64,000 bases of DNA from Amphiscolops sp. MND2022 (Eukaryota): contig OZ076409.1 in assembly GCA_964187785.1 (NCBI GenBank), positions 40,178,001 to 40,242,000 on the forward strand, written 5' to 3'. Shown piece by piece: positions 23,083 through 33,456 of this stretch. Every line of letters begins with the position of its first letter. Position 1 is the first letter of the stretch. Under the pieces are notes generated by a model. The model saw only the letters and a list, made by a program, of their open reading frames with translations. It was not told the origin of the DNA and did not search any database. Position numbers and translations under genes: made by a program.

Positions 23083-25994
23083 TCAAGATTGAAAGTCTTT
23101 CAACAAGCTTCTTTTTTCTTCGAGTTCGAGTGAACTCGGGCTTAGCAATTGAAGTTTGGCTAACGGGTAAAAATACATATGCCAGGATACCAATATTAAC
23201 ACAGCTACTGCTAGCATGCCCGCATGGAAGCCAATGTAGCCTGAAAGAATTCCACCGAATACATAGGCTCCAATAACGCGCCCAAAGTTGTAAGTAAACA
23301 TCAACAAGTTAGTCGTTGTCAATCGAACATTGTCTAGCTCTCTGAAACCCTCCAGTAGAGCAATTTTTTCGATAATCCTGAACGCTGGAACGAATGCAGC
23401 TGCGACGTGACAAAAGCCCTCATAACCCAGGAGTAACAAAATAGTATAAGGGGATTGTAGCATTGGCATCAAACTCACACATGATAAAGCAACGTATCCC
23501 GCAGAAGCGAGCGGTGTAAAAATGAGAGAAGAGTGGGGTGAGTAGCCTTTGTCGCCCAGAAATCCAACCAGGAAAGCACCCAGTGTGTAAGTAGAACCAA
23601 AACAGAGGAAGTAGTAACCACTGAGCTCGCTGCCAATTCCCAATTTTTCCTGCAGGAAAGAAGCTAAGGTGACGCTGATGCACCCAGAAGCAGCCGCCAT
23701 TGTCAGGGTGGGAATACAGGCACAAACTATAGTGGGAGTGCGACAAAATGACGTCAGCGAGCAATTTGTCGAGTCTGAGTCATTTGCAGGGTTGAACAAA
23801 TTGTGTTTTTTAAAACTCGAACTTTTTTATTTTTTGATTTTGAAACTACGTTAGTCTTGAACGTTTATTCGCAACCGTCTTTTGCAATCATTCACAATTA
23901 TTCACTGTTCATTCGCAAGTCAACAAACAAGGCAAAACGAATTACAGTGCCTCACGAAAGTGTAACAATAGATAGGCATATTTCTAATAAAGGGTATTTT
24001 AGTTCATAGACAAATGTTATGTTAGAAACAACCATATAATAAAACAACCATACTCTTCTCATGTTGTTTTCAATCACCGGAAGTTGTTTTTCTTCACGCT
24101 TTTTTCTGGTTGCACGTTGAATCATAAAACATTTATTGTTACAATTTCGTGTGCGCCATTACAAAAAGCAAAAACCACTTCCTACATTATTTCAACTGTT
24201 AAATTTCCGTTTACAATTTTCATTCTTTGTCACTCACAGTCTCTAATTACTTGTTTCTGTTATGAAAGTTATACCCATCTCAACCAAAACGCAGATTTTC
24301 GAGTATGTAGCGGAGGGTTTATCTACAAGGCAAATTGCCAAGAAGGTGCCATCTGTTAGTCATATGACGGTGACCCGATTGAGGAGCGAGCATTTCAATG
24401 GCCTTGCAAAACCAAAAGCAGGTCGTCCATCAAAATTAACTCCATATGACAAAAGAAAACTCGTCCGAGACATGTCGTCAGGAAGGATACAAACAGCTGT
24501 TGATGCGGCTAAAGAGCTCTCAAATACAATGGAAACACAATTGCACCCTGAAGCTATCCGGCGAGTATTGAGGAAAAGTGGTTTGAAAGCAATCAAGAAA
24601 AAGAAGAAACCTTTCTTGAGTAGAAAACACAGACAACAAAGATTGGAATTCGCACGGAAGTATTCCAACTGGACACCAGAAGATTTCAAGCGTGTCATAT
24701 GGTCTGATGAAACCAAAATAAACAGATTTGGTTCCGATGGGCTCCAGTGGGTGTGGAAAAAGCCTAAAGCACCATTATTGGACTGCCACGTGCAGGGTAC
24801 GTTTAAACACGGAGGTGGAAGCCTGATGCTATGGGGATGTATGACTTCTTTGGGAATTGGTCAGGCGTGAGCTGTGGGAACGGGTGCAAGACGAGTGGAA
24901 CAAAATACCAGTTGAGACAGTTCAAAACCTTATCGATAGTATGCCCAAGCGCATAAACGCTGTTTTGAAGGCTCGGGGTGGTTATACTAAATACTGAAAC
25001 ACTGTTCCTGTTCTTATATTCTGTTTTTTTAAGTGTATAAAAACGTTTATTCAAATTCATTTTCTAAAACATAACCACACACGAAATTGTAACAATACAA
25101 TTTTTCAGTAGAGTGCTTGTGAATACATGTAAAAAACTCGAAAATATAAACCAAAACAATATACATTAATGCAACGTGTTTAACAAACATATTGAAAGCT
25201 TACTTAGTTTAAATGCTGTACCCTTCTGAGAGAAAAAGAAGATCTCACTTTTTTAAAAGTCTATTGTTACAATTTCGTTAGGCACTGTACATAGCGCTTC
25301 AAAAGCTAAATTATGAAATTTTATTTGGCCTAACGCCAACAGTTAAACACAAAAACTCTCGAGTCTTTTCTTGCTAACCCTGTCCTCTTTCTTTTGGAGT
25401 ATCTTGCCTATTGTTCCTAGCTGCGCTTACCAGAGGCGCAGCGGACACTACAGTAATTATGAATTCTACGGATCCCACTAGCGTGAAAGGAAGTAAGAAT
25501 CCTCCTATAGAATACAGCATACTTCCGACAGCAGGTCCAATCAACAAACCTGCTCCCATAGAGGCTTCTAACAAACTGGTGACTTTGGCTTCTCTGCCGG
25601 GGAAGAAGTTAACAAAAATAGGGTTGCCTGTGGTGAAAAGCATCGAAGCTCCGCACCCATTAATAACTTGTACGATGAGAAGTGCGGCTATGAGACAATG
25701 GCCCTCAAAAAGTAAAGGAACGTAGCCCAATAGAACACAAAAAGAAGCAGAAACTGACGCACCGATTAGGAAGATGTAAACTTGGTTGGAGGGAGTGAGG
25801 ATGAACGAAAGTGCGATGATTGCAACGAGCTTGGCCAGGTCGAAGGCTACCATTATGATTGAGACCAATTGAAGGCTCAAACCATTCGCCATGGCCTCGT
25901 TTGGGAAAAATGGGGCCAGCAACGAGGAGTTCATGCCTTTTCCAAAGAAAAGACCAGCTGCCATGAATAATAGCCAGTAATTAGTTCCCTCCAT
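23083..25994 (-). CDS. MFS transporter, SLC18B1-like (probable host gene)
   Basis: Two hydrophobic multi-TM halves (ORFs 25374-25994 and 23083-23799). Motifs SLLAPFFPNEA and GAGLLIGPAVGSMLYSIGGFLLPF match the SLC18B1 subfamily. Probable donor G|GTTAG near 25379; acceptor not pinned down. Confidence 0.8.
23945..25287 (+). mobile_element. Tc1-family transposon, internally deleted, IR/DR-type ends
   Basis: TA|CAGTGCCTCACGAAAGTGTAACAATAGA ... TCTATTGTTACAATTTCGTTAGGCACTG|TA. Inner copies of the same motif lie near 24133 and 25078. Confidence 0.95.
24262..24990 (+). pseudogene. Tc1 transposase, truncated
   Basis: HTH, GRPSKL, KKPFLS, WSDETK and KHGGGSLMLWGCM are present. The sequence then jumps out of frame to the C-terminal ELWERVQDEW..SMPKRINAVLKARGGYTKY, so the second D and the E are deleted. 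Confidence 0.92.
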
Positions 25995-28724
25995 GAGGCT
26001 GTTATCAATTTGTCAAATTACTTAAGCAGATGCTTAACACACAAAGGTGTAAACTTTGTTATTGAAGAGAAAAAGTCCAAAGAAAAACCATCCGAAGCCA
26101 ATTGGAAGAAAACTCGTTTACACTTGGCGTCCTTTCAGGTTGGTCTTCATCATTACCAATCGCTAGACCAGTAGCAGAAAGCAGAAAGCTTCGCTTCTCA
26201 CGTGCATTCATGATATTCTGGACGTTATCGGCAGTCTTATGTTTTGAACGTCATTTCCTTGGACTTTTTTTACTCTTACTTATTCTCATAGAGTGAAGGT
26301 TGATACTGAAAGAGTGTGAAAAAGGTTGAACATTTTGGACGTAAATAACTAATGTGTACTTTGAATATAATGGCAATAATAGAAACTGATGTCATCACAG
26401 TACATTTCAACTTGTTTAGCTGAAGAATGTCATGAGGAAGATTAATTTGTAATGTCAGGAAGTGAGACTTATGAGCTTCACAAACAGAACCTCAAAATCT
26501 TAGTCAAGAAAACAGTGCGTACGATAATGCACTTTGAGGACTAATAAGACTAGCAAAAGTCCATGGTACCTGCTACCAAGAAAAAATTAGTCATCCAAAA
26601 GCTGTAATCAAGACAGTTAATCAATCAGATCCAATTATACGCATGATAAATTCCCTATATGTACTCTTTTTGTAACGACCGGCTAGCGACGAATGAGGCT
26701 ACAAAACCCTTTAAAACCAGTTGCGGATAGGCCGGATTGACTTTTTCAATAGGTATAATCAAAATACAAGGTGTACACTGTTTGAAACCGTCTATTTCTG
26801 GGTCTAGACCCCGGAAGCATGCAGAAAACGCTGTAAAAACGCTAATACAAAGACCAAAGGGCTAGAAAAAGATAATAAAAATAATCTAGGACCCTCTGAA
26901 AAACTTCTCCTAGATCCAGACCTAACATGGCCGGAAAGCAGGAGTTGCTCCTAGTTAGACGTAAAAATAAAAAATATCACTCTGTGGTCGCCATAAAAAC
27001 TATTCCAGATGTAACGACCGGCTAGCGACGCACATCTACGAAGAGGGACAACATTACAGTGGGGTAACCGGCAACGAAAATGCAGATTTTACTCGTTGTG
27101 CGGCTCGGAAAGCAATGGACATGCATGAATGTATGGGCCAAAAATGCCTATTCGTTTCGCAGCCAAAACTGCTGCCTATTGATTTCCGAGGCAGCACAAG
27201 CTACGTATTGAGTTTCTTTGCAGGAGCGATGGCTTTAATTGCCCATGCATACTCGTTGATGAGTGTAAATCGGGCAAGTAATTCCATCGCTTTCGCAAAG
27301 AAACTCAATATTTAGATAGATCTGCCACTCGCTTCGGCCAATTCAATACATTGCTTTGACATGGAAGTGTCTCAATATTTATATACACATGCAGATTTTC
27401 AGTGTTCAGTTTTTGTTTTATCAAATTAATTCAGGAATATTTTTTGACTAAGAAATATCAGCTCAACTACTATTTTCCCAGTAATTTAGGCGGGACAATT
27501 GAAATTGGCAATGACGAAAATCTTCGTTCCGAAGCCGATATCTGCAGGAATATAACCTTAATAATATTTTCGCTTCGGCCAATCACTGCAAGATTATTAT
27601 CGTGATAAATTTTAGTTTACTCTATTTTAATACTGTTTAATACTTAACTATTCTTTTTTTGTATATAATGGTAATTATGATCGGGCAATTATGATAATTA
27701 CAAATATTTTGATGTATTTTGATGTGTAGGTATATTATGATGTGTTAGTATGTAATTTTGATGTTTGTTATTTTTTTGGAATTTATTAAATCAGTATTCG
27801 GTGAATCGTTTTTGTTTTAAGGCAAAAGAACAGTATATTTGATATATAATACGAGTTTAAGTTTTTTCAATCATAACGAAAAAATTGTTTGATAGTTGTA
27901 CACTTACTACAGAAACAACTTTATTCAACTATTCACCTTGATTGATATATATGTTTTTTTGATGTTTTTTGATGTTTATTAATTTAATTGGTATCCTGTG
28001 AATCGTCATTGATTTATTTATTGACAATTAATCTAATTATCAAAAATCAGGATTCTTTGTTTTGGGGCAAAAGAACAGTATAGTTGATAAATAATATGAA
28101 TTTGAGTTTTTCCAATCATAACAAAACAATTGATTTTTTGATATTTATTAATTGAGTTGGTATCCTGTGAATCGTCATTGATTTATTTATTGACAATTAA
28201 TCTAATGATTTTTCTGATATTCACCATTTTGTCAAAGTGTGAACGTTCTTATCAGTTGTTAAAGTCAACGCTCAAAGAAGTGGAATGTTACTAAAAGTTC
28301 AAAGTACTTTCACCTCCATTTCAGTGATTTAAGTGCACAAGTGAATCAGTAAGATTGTTGTAATACGGGAGCAAAAGTTTATTTGTTTTTCTGTTGATGA
28401 AACTACATGTAATCTTGATGTACGAAACCGAATACTCGCATTTGATTGGACAAAATTCTTTCGTCGCATATTCCGACGAGGTCATTTTGATACTGTGCGT
28501 GTAAAAGTTAGTCATTCGTTTTCATTTTTCTGCCATGTTAAAAACATTACTTTTTCGGATCCGTAAGCTGGACATTGAACTAGACGACTTACTGGACCAT
28601 TTGAAACAGGTTAGAGTTAATCAGTTGATTTATTAACTTTCAGGGTTGGCTTTTTAATACTTTGGTTTTAATAATTGTTTTCAATAATTTTCTTGATAAA
28701 CGTTCAACGTTTATTTCAACGTTC

Positions 28725-28873
28725 AACTCATTTCAATTTTGTGTTTTGAAACTAAGTTTTTTGTTGTTTGTTCCTTATGTTATTTAGGAAATCACCAAGT
28801 TGGTGATTTCCTAAATAACATAAGGAACAAACAACAAAAAACTTAGTTTCAAAACACAAACTTGAAATGAGTT
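28725..28873. repeat. Near-perfect palindrome, 74-bp arms, 1-nt loop
   Basis: Centre ATCACCAA-G-TTGGTGAT at 28799; one mismatch (28737/28861). Confidence 0.95.
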
Positions 28874-29035
28874 TCACTAAACATACAAATGAAATTGCTT
28901 ACGAAAGTTTTAGTGGTCAAAAGCATTCACAATTGATTCAATCTTATTTGAAACTAATTTCATTTTTGTGTTATTTCAGACAATTTTTCAACAAACTATG
29001 AGAATATCCGAATAATGCTTATATAGATGGTAGTA

Positions 29036-29465
29036 GGCGGATTCCCAAAGCGTCGAATATTCAAAGCGTCGAAATTAAACAAAAGTATTCATCGCATCGA
29101 AAAATAATTATTGAACGCTTCTGATTGGTTGAAAATTGAAATAGGAAAGAATTAATATTGTTGAATTTGTGTGCTACACAGCATCGAACTAATTACGATA
29201 ACGTAGTCAGCTATGTCCACATACTCCTAGTTCCCTAAATGCAGGAGCGAAGCGAAGCGGAGCGACGTGCCATGTGGTCATGCCTCAATGTTGCTACTTG
29301 GCGAAGGGAGCGAAGCGACCGAGCCATACAACAAATATGCTAACCTCTTCAAATAATAATCTGAAAAAAATCGCTGATATGGAATATTTCGACGCGATCA
29401 ATAACTAACTTTAATTTCGACGCTCTGAATACTTTTGTTTAATTTCGACTCAATGAATAGCCTCC
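29036..29465. mobile_element. MITE with imperfect TIRs and a 9-bp TSD-like flank
   Basis: GCGTCGAAATTAAACAAAAGTATTCA near the left end is inverted near the right end. Flanks are ATGGTAGTA and ATGGTGGTA. Confidence 0.65.
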
Positions 29466-30100
29466 ATGGTGGTACACTGTTATTCTAATCTCAGAAGTTT
29501 TGCACATTTGGTTGCAGAAATTCGGTTACGGATATCAAAACGTGCCCATGGATTCCCGAGTTTTGTAAGGCCTTGTCGGTTACCCCACTTTGATGCAATT
29601 TTGTTGTTCTTTTCAGCCCAAATTTAGGCCAAGCCTTCATAGAGAAGCCAGTTATACAAGTGCCAGTAACGAAGCAGTTCTCCAAGAACACTGCGGCTTT
29701 TCGACTGATAGAGATGAGCCAACCGTCTGTCAGAGTTAGTTTATTTTACCATGAACTTTTTGAAATCTTACATGTGTCTGTGTTTTGACTAATGCCCGCA
29801 GTTCATCAACCACTATTTGAATACATGAATAATAGAAAAACTAAATCCGAATGTTTCACATTTGACTACGTTGCTGCAGGAGACGAGGAAGTTGAGACCG
29901 ATGATGAACAAAGCACTATCCAGGAACACATTTTGACTAATAGGGATCAAATCAGCCTCCTCAACGATCCGACCGTCTGCCCCAGTTAGTTCTTTTATAT
30001 GATTACTTGAGAGTGTTAATCGATATCCGCTTTTTGGAATATCAATTGGCATTTTTTGAATTGAAAATTGACAAAGAAAACAAAACCCGAAGATAATATA

Positions 30101-30319
30101 CAGTAGTGATATTATTAAAAGCATCAAAAGGCAAATCTCCAAACGAATATCTCTAAAACGGCAGCGGTTTATAGAAACTGATAAAAACGAACGTTTCCTA
30201 GATTTTTCTCTAGTTTACAAATATGTTTGTTTGAAGATTTTTTCGAGAATACATGTTTCAGGATGACTTTGAAGTTTTTCTTTCCACCTGCTTTGTTGCT
30301 TTTAAAAATATCACCACTG
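30101..30319. mobile_element. Tc1/mariner-type MITE (TA TSD)
   Basis: TA|CAGTAGTGATATTATTAAAAGCA ... TGCTTTTAAAAATATCACCACTG|TA; same TIR as 37844-38158. Confidence 0.85.
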
Positions 30320-30394
30320 TATTTGACTAGATGACAATAACTAATATTCCAACCAGAAATTATTTAAAAACAAAGTTCGAGTTCATCAATGGTT

Positions 30395-32760
30395 TTACTC
30401 GGCATTACCGCCGAAAATTCTATTGGCTTCGGGATCCATGTATTCAAACATCAGCTGCTCTAGGGGTTCAATTTTCCGCTTTGCAATAAGTAGCACGTAA
30501 CGCGGATTATTTTTCAAGTATATACATTTCAATTCGACCAGTTTCATGTTGCAAGCTGGGTTGGTCTTTCCACCATCAAAGGTACTTGAGTAATTGCACA
30601 ATCGAGCAAGGCACCTTCTGCCATCGTTGTGGATGGGGCATATTTCTGAGGTTGCATCAATAATTCTTCCCGGCCTTGTTTTAACCTCGATGCAGTATTA
30701 TGGCTTGCGGTTCTCTGGGTCCAGACTGCAGTAGTAGTCGACATTGTTCGTGTTTCCTTCTACATGTCCGTGGTAGTCAAATATAACGTCATCCTTGTTA
30801 AATGGTTTGCTTGCGATTATTCCTCGACCCATTGTAGGATAGACAACATCGCAGACGCCTGGCCAGAATTGGTTTTCGCATCTATCTTTCAAGTCATCTT
30901 GGAAGTAAGGGGTATTGCAAAGTCTCCATTCTAGATTTGGATTGAATGCTTTCTTGCGCGAACTTTGTCGAGATCTTGATACCCCAGACATTCTAGAAGA
31001 AGCATCCACGACTCTCTTTACATCTGTGAAGTGGGGACAGTTGACCAAGTTTGCAAAATTGAATTTTCGCTCTCTTTCTTTCGCAGCGTCAGCTAGTGAT
31101 GTAGGGTAGTGGCTCTTGTATTCGGCCGCCCTAATATCAGCTCTTTGATGCCTAAGTGCTTGAATTCTTTTTTCGACTACTTTCATGACCGTTCTTTCAT
31201 CGTAATGTCCGCTGGGCCTCAAATGTTTTTTGACTTCCATCATCAGGTTCAGACCAAGATTCAGACCAAAATTCTTCTTCTGCTGAACATTTTGAAAGTG
31301 TCATCAGTTTGACAGTTCTTTCCAATCTGTCCATTTCACGTTCGGCTGGGTTTTTTGTCAAGTCGGAAAACTAGAACACGCAGATACTTAATGAAATAAG
31401 AGAAAACTGCAAAAGGAAGATGTTTCTAGTATTTCAACTTGTGATTATGGCTTATGATTACTATCGAATAATACAAATCAAACTGAATCAAGTAATTCTT
31501 ATCAAACAGTATTTGATTAGTTTCCTGTTCAATCCGATTTCTTACGTTCCGCACTTTGAATTGTGTTTTTCCCCAACTGTTGACGAAGAATGGCTCCGTC
31601 AAGACGTAATATGGTGGTATCCCTTGACTGGGTGACTGCATGAACCTTTTTTTCTGGTCGATGCCTTCAGGTTTTTATAAAGTACGGTCGTACAGCTTCA
31701 AAATATATTAACATTGCTTCTCCAACAATGTGAGGAATTCTGAAGCTGTCCAAGTACCCAGCTTCATCTTCAATTTGCAAGACTAACAAGTCACTTGAGT
31801 TAGAACTTCTATTGTTCTGAATTTGAGGGACCGTTTGCAAAACGGCATGAGTTGTGATGCTCAAAATGTTGCGATCTCTACACTTTGGAATAGAAAATTC
31901 CAGCGAATAAGCAATGAGGTCCCCAAACAAATTTTGTTTTGCCAATGCTGGTTAGAGATTTTGCGAATTTGAATTGCTTCATTATGTCATAAAGGTCTGA
32001 CAAGAGTCGCGCTTCAACTGTTGTGCATAATGTTAGGTGCACTGGGGTAATTTCTCGCAAATTTTTCTCATTATTTTTGGGAACACATCGTTTACTTTTT
32101 GGGCCATGGTTTTCCTCACCATAATGATTAAGTTTCCGCTTGTTCGCTATCTCCTGTTGGCATCTTTCCATCGTTGCCAAGGTGTCGCTGCAAGAACGGC
32201 TTAGCTGACTTGCCATGATGTCACTCGGAGTTTGGCTCAGTTGATTCGTCGTACTGTCACTCGGAGTGTGGCTCAGTTGATTCGTCGTACTGTCACTCGG
32301 AGTGTGGCTCAGTTGATTCATCGTACTGTCACTCGGAGTGTGGCTCAGTTGATTCGTCGTACTGTCACTCGGAGTGTGGCTCAGTTGATTCGTCGTACTG
32401 TCACTCGGAGTGTGGCTCAGTTGATTCGTCGTACTGTCACTCGGAGTGTGGCTCCGTTGATTCGTCGTACTGTCACTCGGTGTGTGGCTCAGTTGATTTG
32501 TCGTACTGTCATTACGGAGTGTGGCTCAGTTGATTTGCAGTGTTGATTAACAGAGGAGTCATTTGATTTGCAGCAAGTTGAGCTTGTACCATTATCGAGA
32601 CGTCTGAAGGGCTATCTTCATAATTCACATCCTCTATATTAGATATTTGTGAAAATATCCTTTGTTCAACTTGGGTGAAACTTGGCCAGCTTATAGACGA
32701 CACACTGGGTGATCCATACAACTGTTGTGTCGAACTAGATTGATTCAAGGGAGTACTCAT
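30395..32760 (-). CDS. SET-domain protein B (homolog of 368-2741), frameshifted, with one probable intron at about 31.37-31.55 kb
   Basis: RCENQFWPGVCDVVYPTMGRGIIASKPFNKDDVIFDYHG..RCLARLCNYS..CNMKLV..LIAKRKIEPLEQLMFEY assembled from ORFs 30698-31243 and 30395-30601. Ser/Gln-rich N-terminus. The canonical NH is NY here. Confidence 0.75.
32220..32535. repeat. 36-bp coding tandem repeat (NQLSHTPSDSTT, about 8.5 copies)
   Basis: Unit GTCACTCGGAGTGTGGCTCAGTTGATTCGTCGTACT repeated head to tail with no spacers. Confidence 0.95.
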
Positions 32761-33456
32761 GTACTATGCAATGATGCTTTCATTCGGTTTAAATGGAGTC
32801 GAAAAACTTTCAAACGTTTCGTTTGGAGCAACATAATTTGTCACAGCCGGGCTAGTCCCCAAGACAGTGTAAGAGAGGGCTTTCTCGTGTTGAGGAGGGT
32901 TCATCGTTATGTAATGAGATTGTTTTCTAGCTACTGTTTGGATTGAATGTGAGTGCTCAATCCTTTCCTTGATCGGTCAAAATTCGAACTAATTCAAATA
33001 CGCTTCGTCAATCAACTGTGGTATTTTATAATTAAAGAAAAATGGTGATCTTCGAATTAAATAGTACATATATGATAATTATTCATTTCTGATAATGAAA
33101 TATTTAATTATTGAAAGAAGGAGTACATACCGTTGGTAATAGTTTTGCGGATGTGCTATTTAGATTTGGATTAAGATGAGCTCATTTAAGGAGGCTTTTC
33201 GAATCAACTGTGGTGATAATTACTTGATGAAGTGCGAACCTTCAATTATCGTTTCAAAATAGGGGATAAAAACCGAAGTATGAAATAACTTAAGCTAATT
33301 GGCATAAAATGAATTCAACTTTCGCCCATCCGTTTCCGAGTTTGAATACAAGAAAAAGCCATGTATTTCTGAGTTTCAAATTGCCCATGCGTTTCCGAGT
33401 CTTAAATGGCGTTATCATCTTGATGATCTGTTGGGATATCTGAAAGAGAATTTAAA

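Noticed and set aside
32220..32535. 36-bp repeats resembling a CRISPR array
   Set aside because: Units are contiguous with no unique spacers, encode a 12-aa repeat, and lie in eukaryotic DNA with no cas genes.
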